Assembly (NCBI GenBank): GCA_965222075.1
Contig: OZ244937.1
Location: 640,001-704,000 of the forward strand
DNA length: 64,000 nucleotides
Direction: 5' to 3'
DNA from: Candidatus Latescibacterota bacterium
GTDB taxonomy: Bacteria; Latescibacterota; UBA2968; GCA-2709665
This document shows, piece after piece, positions 48,119-58,248 of this stretch. Below the pieces are notes generated by a model. That model searched no databases, was not told the DNA's origin, and saw only the letters and a program-made list of their open reading frames with translations. The number at the start of each line of letters is the position of its first letter. Position 1 is the first letter of the stretch. Made by a program: the position numbers and the translations under genes.

Positions 48119-49042
48119 CTATATCTCCGCTTCGAGGGCCTTTTTTACGATCCCGTTGTGACGGGCGAGCAGCCGGCGGGCCGTTTCTTTAGAGACGGCC
48201 CGTTTGACCATGGTGATGGCGGTTTTGAGGTTGTTTTTCGAGGCTTTCAGGGCCTGACAGCTTTGCTCCCGAGACAGCCCGGTGACCTCCGAGAGGATGC
48301 GTTCTGCCCTGTCTTGCAGTTTGGCGCAGGAGGGGGTCAGGTCTACCATGAGGTTGCTGTAGGTCTTTCCCATCTGTACCATGGCCGCTGTGGTGACCAT
48401 GTTCAGGACCAGCTTGGTGGCCGTGCCGGCCTTCAGGCGGGTCGAGCCGGTGATGACCTCGGGGCCGACTTCAGGAACGATTTTGACATCGGCTTCTACG
48501 CTTTCGGCCGAGGATGGATTGCAGGTTAGAAAGAGGGTGGCGGCCCCGGTTTTGCGGGCCTGTGAGAGCGCTCCCAACACAAAGGGGGTCACCCCGCTGG
48601 CCGCAATGCCCATCACCACGTCGTGCTGTTTGAGGCCCTGCGCCTGGAGGGCGGCTGCCCCACCATCCTGCTGGTCTTCTGCGCCTTCCTGCGACTGTAT
48701 CAGAGCCGCTTCCCCTCCGGCAATGATCCCCTGTACCATGTCGGGGTCCGTATCGAAGGTAGGGGGGCACTCGGCGGCATCGAGCACGCCGAGCCTGCCG
48801 CTGGTTCCGGCCCCCACATAGAAGAGCCGCCCGCCTTTTTGGAACGCGCCCACAACCAGGTCGACGGCCCGTGCGATCCCGGCGAGTACCATTTCTACGG
48901 CTTCCGGGACCTTGCGGTCCTCTGCGTTCATCATCCGCAGCACCTCTGAGGTCGGCAATTCATCGATGTTTGCACTGGCGGGGTTGCGCTGTTCTGTCAG
49001 CAGGTCCGCCCACCTGGATGTTCCTTCCCGGTTATTTCCCAT
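48119..49042 (-). CDS. murQ: N-acetylmuramic acid 6-phosphate etherase
   Basis: TEQRNP, GAGTSGRLGVLDAAECPPTF, and GPEVITGSTRLKAGTATKLVLNM. Confidence 0.96.
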   Translation of the reverse strand: MGNNREGTSRWADLLTEQRNPASANIDELPTSEVLRMMNAEDRKVPEAVEMVLAGIARAVDLVVGAFQKGGRLFYVGAGTSGRLGVLDAAECPPTFDTDPDMVQGIIAGGEAALIQSQEGAEDQQDGGAAALQAQGLKQHDVVMGIAASGVTPFVLGALSQARKTGAATLFLTCNPSSAESVEADVKIVPEVGPEVITGSTRLKAGTATKLVLNMVTTAAMVQMGKTYSNLMVDLTPSCAKLQDRAERILSEVTGLSREQSCQALKASKNNLKTAITMVKRAVSKETARRLLARHNGIVKKALEAEI

Positions 49043-51809
49043 TGGTTTTCACCTGTTTGTTGAGCTGGATGAGGGCCTCCCGCAGCTTTTGGATAAATTC
49101 TCCATATCCGGTGAAGTCTCCGGCCCGAAGGCGTTCCTGTGCGGTTTCGAGGTGCTGCAGCGCGTTTTCCGTCATGGCCTTCAGGCCTTCGGGTGCAGCG
49201 GATGGATGTGGAGGCGCTTTGAGCATTGCAGATACCGGAGGAGGCGCCCGGTCGCTGAAGACCTTAAAGAGGGCCTGATCCAGGTTTTCGGCCATGGCCA
49301 GCTTTTCCCCGTGGACGACCAGCACCCGTTTCAGTTCGGGCATGCCGCTCTGGGTGGCCCTCAGGTAGAGGGGCTCAACGTAGATGAAGGAGGTTTCGAT
49401 GGGGATGACCAGCAGGTTGCCGCGAATGACGTCCGAGCCCCGCTGGCTCCACAGGGTAATTTCCCTCGATACGTCGGTGTTTTGGTCGATCCGGCGCTCG
49501 ATGAGCATGGGGCCGTAGATCAGCTTTTCCTTGGGGAGCTTGTAGACCATCAACCTGCCGTAGTTGGGGCCGTCGCACCGGGCGGAGAGCCAGGCGATCA
49601 TGTTGGCCTTCTTCGTGGGCGTGGCCGGCAGCATCAGGACGAATTCTTCCGGCTGGGCGTCGGGGAGTTTTACAATAACGTAGTAGGGACTCATGGTCTG
49701 GGGGCGTTCCGATATGCCGTAGATCTGGACGGCGGGCTCCCAGACGTCTTCCCGGTTGTAGAAGACCTGGGGGGAGGTCATGTGGTAGGTGTTGTAAAGC
49801 GAGGCCTGGATCTGGAAGAGATCAATGGGATATCGCATGTGGGCGCGCAGGGCCTCCGGCATGGTTTCTTTGGGCCGAAAGAGGGCGGGAAAAATTTCCA
49901 TGTAGGATCGGATGAGGGGGTCTTCGGGCTCCCAGACGTAAAAGGTTACGGTCCCATTGTAGGCATCCAGGGTGATTTTGACCGAGTTGCGGATGTAGTT
50001 TGTTTCCCGGACGTAGGGTCTGCCATAGGGTTCCGAATAAGGATACATGCTGGTTGCGGTATAGGCGTCCTGAACCCAGATCAGGCGTCCTTCGACCGCC
50101 ACAAGGTAGGGGTCCCGGTCGAAGTGGAGGAAGGGGGCCAGCTTCTCAAACCGCTTGGGGCCATCCTCTCTGAAGCGGCGGCCGATGTGCCGGTCGAAGA
50201 GGATGCGGCTTTCCGGTTTGAGGTTGTCGGTGACTAAGAGATAGGGATCCCCAAAGCGGAAGGCAAAGGCGATCCGGCGAAAGAGGGAGTTGACGGCGAC
50301 GCCTCCCCGGCCCTGGTAGGAGGTGTAGACGTTTTCGTCGCCCCGGGGGTAGTCGAATTCCTGGGTTTTGGTCCGGACGATCACATAGTCTTGCATGTTT
50401 TCCCCATAGTAGATTTCGGGGCGATCGATCCGGGGGCCGACAGAGGAGACCGGAGGGATATCTTTGATGTAGAACTTGGGCAGCCCTTCACTTGCAATCT
50501 CGCTGGCCGGGCTCATGCAGATGCCATAGCCGTGGGTGTAGACGAAGTGACGGTTGACCCAGGTTTCCCCCTGCATGGCGAGCTGGTGGCGGGAGAATTC
50601 CCGGGCGGCTAACATGACCTGCCGGTACTGTCCATCGATCCGATAGCGGTCCACGTCGACGCTGCCAAACCGGTAGTAGGAGCGGATCTCCTGGAGCTGG
50701 CTGTAGGTGTCCATCAGCGGGCGCCGGTCCCACAGGGGAATGGACCGGACGGTGGGCAGGTTGTTTTGTATGTCCTGGAAGGTGAGGTTGGATTCCGCCG
50801 GTAAGGAGACCTCTTCCACTTTGTCAAGTCCATAAGCCCGCCGGGTAAAGGCGATGGAATGCCGGATGTAGGGGGTCTCCAGGGTCAGCTCGTTGGGCTT
50901 GACGATGAACTGCTCGAAGAGGATGGGGACCAGCCAGCTGAAGAGGAGGATTGATCCAACATATCCGATTGCGCCGGTGCGGGGGAGCCGCCAGCCTTTG
51001 AAGCGGAGGTTGTAGAGGAGGAGGACGGCCAGCCCGACCGAAAGGACCAGCATCAGCCGATAGGCAAAGATCTGGGCATGGATATCGGTGTATCCCGCGC
51101 CGGTGAAAGTGGTTTTTCGAAAGGAGTAGAGGAGTTCATATTCTTTTAACCAGTAGCCCCAGGCCATCAGGAAGGCGAAGGCTGCGCCCAGTGCCGAGAT
51201 GTGCGCCCTGACATGGGGCGCGGACGACCAGGTTGCTCCGTTGTTGCGGATGGAGCGGTCCTGGTGGTAGGAGAGGAGAACAAGCAGGGCGGCGGCCAGG
51301 AGGGCCACGATCAACCACCCGTAGACGAAGGTATAGAGGGGCAGGTTGAAGACGTAGAAGCCAAGTTCGCGTTTGAAGATGGGGTCTGTGATGCCGAATT
51401 CGACCGGGTGGAGGTAGCGGAGGGCCGAGGTCCAGATCGGGGTGCCACCCAGCCCCATGAAGAATCCCACCCCCACAACGATGCCTCCCCACATGAGGCG
51501 TTCTCGTTTTATCCGGTAGGGCAGCATGGGGAGGGTATCGCCTGCAATAACCTCTAAGGGCATTGCCCGGGTGCGTCTTCCAAAGTAGCGGGCCACCCAG
51601 AGGTTGCCGCCGGCCAGGGCGATAAAGGCGCCCCAAAAGGTGGCAAACGCGACGGCTTTGGCCAGGGCCATGGTGACGAAGGCCGGGCCGTATCTGAGGT
51701 GATCGAACCAGAGCCAGTCGGTATAGAAGATCATGAAGAGCCGGAGCCCCACATACCCCAGGATGAGGCCCAGGGTGAGGATAATCCCCCAGAGGGTGCG
51801 TTTTTTCAT
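49032..51809 (-). CDS. UPF0182 family membrane protein
   Basis: YTDWLWF, DPIF..FYVFNLP, GAGYTD, VKPNE, DVDRY, YTHGYG, NYIRNSVK and YVEPLYL. Confidence 0.93.
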   Translation of the reverse strand: MKKRTLWGIILTLGLILGYVGLRLFMIFYTDWLWFDHLRYGPAFVTMALAKAVAFATFWGAFIALAGGNLWVARYFGRRTRAMPLEVIAGDTLPMLPYRIKRERLMWGGIVVGVGFFMGLGGTPIWTSALRYLHPVEFGITDPIFKRELGFYVFNLPLYTFVYGWLIVALLAAALLVLLSYHQDRSIRNNGATWSSAPHVRAHISALGAAFAFLMAWGYWLKEYELLYSFRKTTFTGAGYTDIHAQIFAYRLMLVLSVGLAVLLLYNLRFKGWRLPRTGAIGYVGSILLFSWLVPILFEQFIVKPNELTLETPYIRHSIAFTRRAYGLDKVEEVSLPAESNLTFQDIQNNLPTVRSIPLWDRRPLMDTYSQLQEIRSYYRFGSVDVDRYRIDGQYRQVMLAAREFSRHQLAMQGETWVNRHFVYTHGYGICMSPASEIASEGLPKFYIKDIPPVSSVGPRIDRPEIYYGENMQDYVIVRTKTQEFDYPRGDENVYTSYQGRGGVAVNSLFRRIAFAFRFGDPYLLVTDNLKPESRILFDRHIGRRFREDGPKRFEKLAPFLHFDRDPYLVAVEGRLIWVQDAYTATSMYPYSEPYGRPYVRETNYIRNSVKITLDAYNGTVTFYVWEPEDPLIRSYMEIFPALFRPKETMPEALRAHMRYPIDLFQIQASLYNTYHMTSPQVFYNREDVWEPAVQIYGISERPQTMSPYYVIVKLPDAQPEEFVLMLPATPTKKANMIAWLSARCDGPNYGRLMVYKLPKEKLIYGPMLIERRIDQNTDVSREITLWSQRGSDVIRGNLLVIPIETSFIYVEPLYLRATQSGMPELKRVLVVHGEKLAMAENLDQALFKVFSDRAPPPVSAMLKAPPHPSAAPEGLKAMTENALQHLETAQERLRAGDFTGYGEFIQKLREALIQLNKQVKTNGK

Positions 51810-52008
51810 GGGTTTTCTCTTCTTGAATCAGGCGTACAGATCGTTACATAAGGTGATGAAATATAAGCAGGATAAGCGGAATGAACAAGGATATTCTCAC
51901 CCTGCTGTTCTCTTGACTTTTTGCCAGAATCAATTATTATACATCACGTTGTTGCGATGGATAGATCGTATCTGTATACCTGTGAACCCTCTTTTTAAAG
52001 GTTGATTT

Positions 52009-53394
52009 ATGGAGCTTGCGGAACCCGAGGTTGTCGATGGCTGTAGATTGTTAGAGAAACCCCCTGTAGATGCTTTGGCTCTGGAACACCGAAAGTTGCG
52101 CCGGGACGAGTTCTGGAGGGGGATTCCGGCGTATGAGAAGATCGACGCGGAGGCGTTTCATTCCCACGTGTTTCAGACGAGGTCTTCGATTACCAGCGTG
52201 GACAGGCTGGCGCAGGTCCTGGGCAATCGCGTTCCTGAAGCGTTCTACGAGGATGTCCGGGAGGGGCTCCGGCGATCGCCGATGAGCATCCGCATTTCGC
52301 CTTATATTCTGAGTCTGACCGATTGGGACGACCCCTACGGCGACCCGCTGCGGACCCAGTTTTTGCCCGTGGCTTCCCAGCAGCTGCCCGACCATCCGGA
52401 GCTCTACCTCGATTCTCTCAACGAGCAGGGGGATGCGCCCGTGCCCGGACTCACCCACCGGTATCCCGATCGGGCGCTTTTTCTTGCGCTGGATACCTGT
52501 CCCGTGTACTGCCGGTTCTGTACGCGCAGCTACGCGGTAGGGCTGGATACGGAAGAGGTCGAGAAGGTCCATCTGGGTGTGAGCCGGGAGCGCTGGGAGC
52601 GGGTTTTTGCATATATCGCCTCCCGCCCGGAACTGGAAGATATTGTGATAAGCGGGGGCGATGTGTACAATCTGAAGGCCGAGCAGATTCGGTTTCTTGG
52701 CGAGACGCTGCTGAAGATCGACCAGATCCGCCGGTTCCGCTTTGCCACCAAGGGGCCGGCGGTTATTCCGCAGAAGCTGCTGACGGATACGGCATGGGTG
52801 GATGCCCTGACCGGCGTGGTGGAGATGGGCCGCAGGATGCACAAAGAGGTGGTGCTGCACACGCACTTCAACCATCCCGCGGAGATTACCGGGGTGACGC
52901 AGGATGCGATGGACCTCCTGATGGAGCGGGGGATTAAGGTACGCAACCAGGCGGTGCTGCAGCGGGGGGTGAACGACGATGCAGCAACGATGAACCTGTT
53001 GATTAAGCGGCTCAGCTACGTCAATGTGCAGCCCTATTACGTTTTCTTTCACGATCTGGTGCAGGGGGTAGAAGATTTGCGGACGTCGCTGGAGGCAGGG
53101 CTTCGGGTCGAGAAGCAGGTGCGGGGGACCACGGCGGGCTTCAATACGCCGACCTTTATCGTGGATACCCTGGGCGGGGGCGGCAAACGGGACGCCCATT
53201 CCTATGAGTACTATAACCGGGAGACGGGGGTTGCGGTGTATACAAGCCCTGTTGTTCGTCCGGGGGCATATTTCTTCTACTTCGATCCGATCGATTGCTT
53301 AGACGGCAAGGTCCGGAACCGCTGGGCGGATCCGGTTTGGCGGCGGCAGGTGATGGAAGAGGCCCTGGCGGTGGCGAAACAGAGGGTGGGTTGA
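52009..53394 (+). CDS. KamA family radical SAM aminomutase
   Basis: GLTHRYPDR, CPVYCRFC, ISGGD, THFNHP, NQAVL.RGVND and GGGGK (PLP lysine). Confidence 0.92.
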   Translation: MELAEPEVVDGCRLLEKPPVDALALEHRKLRRDEFWRGIPAYEKIDAEAFHSHVFQTRSSITSVDRLAQVLGNRVPEAFYEDVREGLRRSPMSIRISPYILSLTDWDDPYGDPLRTQFLPVASQQLPDHPELYLDSLNEQGDAPVPGLTHRYPDRALFLALDTCPVYCRFCTRSYAVGLDTEEVEKVHLGVSRERWERVFAYIASRPELEDIVISGGDVYNLKAEQIRFLGETLLKIDQIRRFRFATKGPAVIPQKLLTDTAWVDALTGVVEMGRRMHKEVVLHTHFNHPAEITGVTQDAMDLLMERGIKVRNQAVLQRGVNDDAATMNLLIKRLSYVNVQPYYVFFHDLVQGVEDLRTSLEAGLRVEKQVRGTTAGFNTPTFIVDTLGGGGKRDAHSYEYYNRETGVAVYTSPVVRPGAYFFYFDPIDCLDGKVRNRWADPVWRRQVMEEALAVAKQRVG

Positions 53395-53425
53395 ACCGCT
53401 CTAAATTTACCGCATTTCCGTTGGT

Positions 53426-53461
53426 AAAAAGAGCAGTCCCACTGAGGGCTGCTCTTTTTTT
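53426..53461 (+). terminator. Intrinsic terminator after the KamA gene
   Basis: AAAAAGAGCAGTCC / GGGCTGCTCTTTTT stem with T run. Confidence 0.8.
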
Positions 53462-53583
53462 GTAAAGATAGTTTTTAGCATATCAGCGAAATTTTATTTT
53501 AAATTTGGATCGGTGTTTTTGCTGGAGAGATACATAAATCTATTAAAATATGAAACTTTTTGCATCTATGTTTATTTTAATGC

Positions 53584-53621
53584 TTGACAAATTTAGAGAG
53601 TTTAGTTAGCTTATAAGCTAA
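53584..53621 (+). promoter_or_regulatory. Sigma-70 promoter overlapped by a perfect 16-bp operator palindrome
   Basis: TTGACA-17 nt-TAGCTT; palindrome TTAGCTTATAAGCTAA at 53606-53621 covers the -10 box and start site. Confidence 0.75.
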
Positions 53622-53675
53622 TAATTCGATGTTGGAAAGGTTCAACGGTAAACTATATATTCAGGAGGAACGATC

Positions 53676-54815
53676 ATGAGCGGTGCTTTTGGCAGGCGGC
53701 TGCGGGAGTTGAGGGCTGAACGTAAAATTTTACAGGGCGTTTTTGCGGAAAAGTGCCAGATTTCGTCGTCGTACCTGTCAGACATCGAACGGAGCAGGCG
53801 AAACCCCCCGGCGGATCAGGTGATTCTGGAGTGGGCGCGTTTCTTAGATCCGGGCAATGCAGAGGAGATCGGTGGGGAACTGGTCGACCTTGCAGCCCGT
53901 GACCGGAGGCGAGCAGAGGCCGTTACCGAGACAGAGGTCGAAGAGGCCGCTACGATCTGGGAAACATCCGGCGCACAGGGCGGCAGGGAAGACAAGCAGG
54001 CGGAAAAAAGCAGCAGGAAGAGCGAGACCCCCTTCCTCGACCATTTCGGCGTGGACATGGTCGCGCTTGCCCGCGAAGGCCGGCTGGACCCGGCGCCCGA
54101 GCGTTCCTGGGAGTTTGAAGAGGTGGCCTGCGCGCTTGCCTGCCGGAAATGCAACAGCGCTGTGTTGACATACGAAACGAATGCCGAGATTTATCGCGTG
54201 GTGCAGGGGCTGGCCTGCGAGATCGCCGATGGGCGAGCGCCGGAGCCGCCGGCGGGTAAGCGGCTGCTGACGCTGAACGGGGTGCAGGCGGGCGTCAAGT
54301 ACCGGGGTCAGTTCGAGGAACGGTTGAAGGCCCTGATCGACGAGACCGCGAAGATCAGGGATGTGGTGATGTACTTCCACAGTCTGGCGGACCTGGTGGA
54401 CCTGGAAGGGAATGCGAAAGGATCGTTCTTTCGTCCGGCGCTTCAGGAGGGCACGATCCAGGTGATTACGGGCGCTACGCCGGGAGAGATGGACTACGCC
54501 CGAAAGGTGAACCCAGGGCTTGCCGAATGTTTCAGGACGGTGCCAATCCGGCCGCTGGATCGTGATGGCGTCTTAAGAGGGTTGTACGGGGTGCGCGACA
54601 GATATGGCAGTCATCACGGTGTGACGTATTCCGAAGAGGCGCTGGTTGCCGTTGTGGATACCGCTGAAGCGGACGGTGAGGTCGAATTCTGGCAGCGGGC
54701 GCTCGATCTGCTCGACGAGGTAGGCGCACGTCTACGTCTGAAGGGAGACAGGAGGGAGGTCACGATGGAGGATGTGGACCGGGCAACCACAGGGACTACG
54801 CGAACAGTTCCCTGA
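53676..54815 (+). CDS. XRE-family HTH fused to a degenerate ClpA/ClpC-type first AAA+ domain
   Basis: FGRRLRELR..ISSSYLSDIERSRRNPP; Clp D1 motifs LDHFGVDM..AREGRLDP, AGVKYRGQFEERLK, IQVITGAT and HHGVTYSEEAL; Walker A and B are degenerate. Confidence 0.85.
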   Translation: MSGAFGRRLRELRAERKILQGVFAEKCQISSSYLSDIERSRRNPPADQVILEWARFLDPGNAEEIGGELVDLAARDRRRAEAVTETEVEEAATIWETSGAQGGREDKQAEKSSRKSETPFLDHFGVDMVALAREGRLDPAPERSWEFEEVACALACRKCNSAVLTYETNAEIYRVVQGLACEIADGRAPEPPAGKRLLTLNGVQAGVKYRGQFEERLKALIDETAKIRDVVMYFHSLADLVDLEGNAKGSFFRPALQEGTIQVITGATPGEMDYARKVNPGLAECFRTVPIRPLDRDGVLRGLYGVRDRYGSHHGVTYSEEALVAVVDTAEADGEVEFWQRALDLLDEVGARLRLKGDRREVTMEDVDRATTGTTRTVP

Positions 54816-54868
54816 TCGGCATCGTCCAGCCCGGCACAATTGCATGATTTTTAGCCAGTAGCGGCCTT

Positions 54869-55336
54869 CTACTCCAGTTCCCCGTTGAGCCATCTGACCA
54901 GGGCCTTGTCCGGGGACTTGATTTCTTCAACCGAGGTGTAGTAGTAGTTTTCCCAGCCGACTTCGGGCAGACCGGTGAACAGCATCAGGTTCAGAGGGTA
55001 GTTCTCCGAGTCGGTGCACTTTCGGAAGTCGTCTCTGAAGAGGAAGGTTTTCTTCTTCAGGGCAATTGCCGCGCCCAGCTCGACCATCACGCCCTCGTCG
55101 GGGGGCGTGCCGTTGACGATGGCGAAGGTGGCGTCGGATTCGACGACGTCCCTCAGGTCGTTCTGGCCCACCTGATAGGCCCAGCCGCTCCGGGCGAAGT
55201 CGACCTGGTTGTTCCTGGCGAAGGGCTCCCAGACTTCGGCGCCGAGGGATTCCAGGGTCCGGACGAAGACGGGCAGGAGGTGTTCCTTCTGCTGGGCGGA
55301 AAAGCCGTAGGGGCTTGCCAGGTAGATTTTCTTCAC
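54869..55336 (-). CDS. Nucleoside 2-deoxyribosyltransferase family protein
   Basis: IYLASPYGF, PDEGVMVELGAA (catalytic Glu) and NLML; GTG start after SD GGAGG. Confidence 0.85.
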   Translation of the reverse strand: MKKIYLASPYGFSAQQKEHLLPVFVRTLESLGAEVWEPFARNNQVDFARSGWAYQVGQNDLRDVVESDATFAIVNGTPPDEGVMVELGAAIALKKKTFLFRDDFRKCTDSENYPLNLMLFTGLPEVGWENYYYTSVEEIKSPDKALVRWLNGELE

Positions 55337-55369
55337 TATGGATTGTCCCTCCTCCGATCGCATCACTCT

Positions 55370-55730
55370 GCGCCAGATAGAACACGTCTGATGCCTTGCC
55401 TTTATTACCCGTGATATTCCGACCATAAAGCGGCAAGAGATTATCATCCGGCCCAATGAGTTCAGCCCGATAGGCATGAACAGCCCCTGGTGCATCGGTA
55501 TCCAATGCAACCCGATAGCGAACGGCCTTTTCGCGTCGGACCTGCTCGGGCAGTTCCAGATGAACGCCGCGATTCGCCTTGGGCAACAGTGCCAAGATCG
55601 TCGGCAGCCACGGATCCAGTATCAGGCTAACCCGTCGCCGATCCAACTCGAATCTCGGTTCCGGTTTGGTCTCGAAGAGATCCCTTTCAGCTCAAGAGCT
55701 CGGCGAATGATGTCGTAACGGGCGTCATCC
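55370..55730 (-). pseudogene. Frameshifted C-terminal remnant of a large hydrolase-type protein
   Basis: Protein-like segments ARYDIIRRALEL and ILALLP..HAYRAELIGPDDNLLPLYGRNI lie in different frames with no valid start. Confidence 0.35.
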
Positions 55731-55839
55731 GGTCTTATGGGGCCCGGGAAGCATATCCGGCGCGAGGACCAGGTAGAATGTGGCCGACAGCAATGTGTCG
55801 ACAGCACACGCAGCTTGATAGGAAATGGTTGAGGGAGAC

Positions 55840-57048
55840 TCAGGCGCGTATGCGGTTGAGGCAATCCTCATAAGCTTCAAAGCGCTCTCCTTCGCGTTCC
55901 TCGGGATCGACCTTCTTGAGGAACAACGCGCTGCCCGGCTTCTTGCCGGTGAACTCGCGGTGGCTCTTGATGTGTGTTGGGTCCTCACCGCTCCACTTGA
56001 CCTCGCCATCCTGCAGATACACGAAGTTCCCTCGGTGTTCCTCTATCATCGCTTGCATGCGATCGCGATAGAAGAGTCCCTGCTCGCAAGCCGTTTCCCT
56101 TACCGTGGCCATGATAGCAGGCGGATCTTCCTCGACAGAGTCGAATTCGTTCAAGGGACCCTCGACCTCACTTTTGAAGTCAATTTCGTCGAGATTGACC
56201 GTTCCGAATCCGCTCTGCGCGGCGATGAGCAGATGGTTGCGGTCGCGACGGAATGGTGGCGTGGGCCAATCGGACGCGGGATCGTGCCCCATCAGGTGGG
56301 CGCCGACGGCATCGGTGGCTATGATCTGGTCGCCCGCGATGAGGGCATTGCACATGCGGCCCTCGCCGTCCCACTCACGACCCCATTGACCTGTCGTGGC
56401 GTCGACGATATTAAGGCACGGGTTGGTAATGCGCGCCAGATCGGGGAGCACGTAGGACAGCCGGATTGCGTGGTGGAAGTATGTGCGCACGCGTCCCTCC
56501 GGCGGGATCGTGGGTGTGAGGCCAAACAGGTTCTTTGTGCAAAGCGTGACTCCCATGAAGAGGTGATTCTTCATCTTGGCGACGGAGACGACCTCATCTG
56601 CTTCGCTGAAGCAGCGGCTGAGCGTGTAGCGCTGAAACATGCAGCCGCCTCCCGGCACGTCATACTCGGCGAAGGGGGGCAGGTTTGACTCCGCGTACTC
56701 GACGTCGAATTCCTCGAGCAGCGGACGGTAGTTGAAGTAGTCCGTCACGGCCCCGGACGCGTCTCGGCAGAATGTGTCGGCGGCGACAAGAGTAGCTGAG
56801 GTTCGCTCGCGCAGGAGCCGAAGGACGGCGCGGCAGACAGCGTCGTCGACGAGCTCTCGACGGCGGCCCTCGAAATGAGTCACATTCGAATGCCCCATGT
56901 TGAACTTGAGAGCGATGCGGCCCGCCTTCTGCAGCTTCTCCCAGGAGCGCTCCAGGGGGGCGGTGGCCCGAACCAGGTTCTCGTAGACCTCCTCGTCGGA
57001 GGCCCGGTGATCGCAATGGACTGCACGAACGCTGAATTCCTGGTTCAT
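55840..57048 (-). CDS. DUF362 domain protein with a C-terminal extension
   Basis: IALKFN, VSVAKMKNH..GVTLCTKNLFG, IVDA and D(Q)IIATDAVGAHLMGHDP. Confidence 0.82.
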   Translation of the reverse strand: MNQEFSVRAVHCDHRASDEEVYENLVRATAPLERSWEKLQKAGRIALKFNMGHSNVTHFEGRRRELVDDAVCRAVLRLLRERTSATLVAADTFCRDASGAVTDYFNYRPLLEEFDVEYAESNLPPFAEYDVPGGGCMFQRYTLSRCFSEADEVVSVAKMKNHLFMGVTLCTKNLFGLTPTIPPEGRVRTYFHHAIRLSYVLPDLARITNPCLNIVDATTGQWGREWDGEGRMCNALIAGDQIIATDAVGAHLMGHDPASDWPTPPFRRDRNHLLIAAQSGFGTVNLDEIDFKSEVEGPLNEFDSVEEDPPAIMATVRETACEQGLFYRDRMQAMIEEHRGNFVYLQDGEVKWSGEDPTHIKSHREFTGKKPGSALFLKKVDPEEREGERFEAYEDCLNRIRA

Positions 57049-57210
57049 CTCTATGCTCTCCTGGCGTAAACGGCGGTTCTGGGGTGGACCCATCATACGA
57101 TGGGACGCCCGAGTGGGTCAACAGGCTGGGATAAAAAACGAGGCTGAATGGGAGCGTGCCTCATTTGAAGCAGAAATCGAGGACGTGTCGCTCAGCAATA
57201 TCCGCATTCT

Positions 57211-57610
57211 CTACGGGCTCTGGATCTTTGCGAGATCCCGATTCGTCACCCGAGTATAGATCTGTGTGGTCTTTGGGCTTACGTGCCCGAGCAACACCTG
57301 GATATATCGCAGGTCGGTCCCGCGCTCAAGCAGGTGTGTCGCAAAGGAGTGCCGCAGCGTATGTATCGATATCCGCTTGTTAATATTGGCTTTTTTGCAA
57401 GCCCGGTCAAACGCTTTCTGTACCGCCCGCCCGGTCACCCGGCCTGGCGCCCGGGAACAGCCATGTTCGGGGTTGATATTGGCGCCTGTAGTCTTGAACC
57501 GCCTTCTGTGCGACCGTGGAGAGCATCGTGTAGCGATCCTTCCGGTGCTTGCCCTGGCGGATATGGAGCAGTTTTCGATCCCCGTCGATGTCTTCGACCT
57601 GGAATCGTCT
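57211..57610 (-). pseudogene. Truncated, frameshifted tyrosine recombinase/integrase
   Basis: [31 protein letters not shown], then a frameshift into [32 protein letters not shown]; N-terminus absent. Confidence 0.85.
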
Positions 57611-57849
57611 TGATTCTCTCTACACCGTCCCGCGAATAAGAAAACCGTTTGTGAAACGGCAAGTTATGTGTCAGATGGGAGAATATCCTTCTGAAACTTC
57701 CTCAGCGCCTCCCGGGTGGCCGCCTTCAGTTCCCCATCAATCGGTCCGGTTTCATACCCCAGGTGATTTAAAATCATTTATTGATATGTGCTGCGCGCTG
57801 ATTCGTCCTGCTCTGCCTTCAAAGCATAAAGGGTAGCCCCACCGCTGGG

Positions 57850-58248
57850 CTACCCTTTATGCTGGGTAACCATTGGCTCTTGACACGATGGCGACTCTGT
57901 ATCTATGGGTCTGACGATTGCATAGATTCCCTGTAGTACTTCGTTGAATCGGGCGCGACTTAAAACCCCGATTCGACCGTCGAGCATCGAACGGTCTACG
58001 GTTGCGATCTGAGAGATATTGACGACGCAGCTCCCTGAAAGGCCCGCTTCGCCTTTTGAGAGCGTCACATTGCCGAATGCCCGACCGAGCCGCAAATTGC
58101 CGGTGATGGCTACAACAACGACCGTTGAGATTCTGCTGGCGTTAAACGCGTTGTTCTGAATGATCACACAGGGACGCCGATAAGGGGGCTCCGATCCCTT
58201 TGGGACGCCGAAATCAACCCAGTGGACTTCGCCCTGTGAGATTACTAT
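57850..58248 (-). CDS. mazF: MazF/PemK family toxin; start codon appears mutated to ATA
   Basis: The frame extends upstream as (I)VISQGEVHWVDFGVPKGSEPPYRRPCVIIQNNAFN..GNV..SCVVNISQIATVDR. Confidence 0.85.
   Translation of the reverse strand: MVISQGEVHWVDFGVPKGSEPPYRRPCVIIQNNAFNASRISTVVVVAITGNLRLGRAFGNVTLSKGEAGLSGSCVVNISQIATVDRSMLDGRIGVLSRARFNEVLQGIYAIVRPIDTESPSCQEPMVTQHKG

Noticed and set aside
52009-53394. EF-P modification enzyme EpmB or a RiPP maturase
   Set aside because: No efp/epmA genes or precursor peptide nearby; length and motifs fit a stand-alone KamA-type aminomutase of unknown substrate.
57211-57670. Active integron integrase with cassette array
   Set aside because: The recombinase is truncated and frameshifted and lacks the IntI-specific insertion; only a lone ACATAAC half-site near 57663 is visible.
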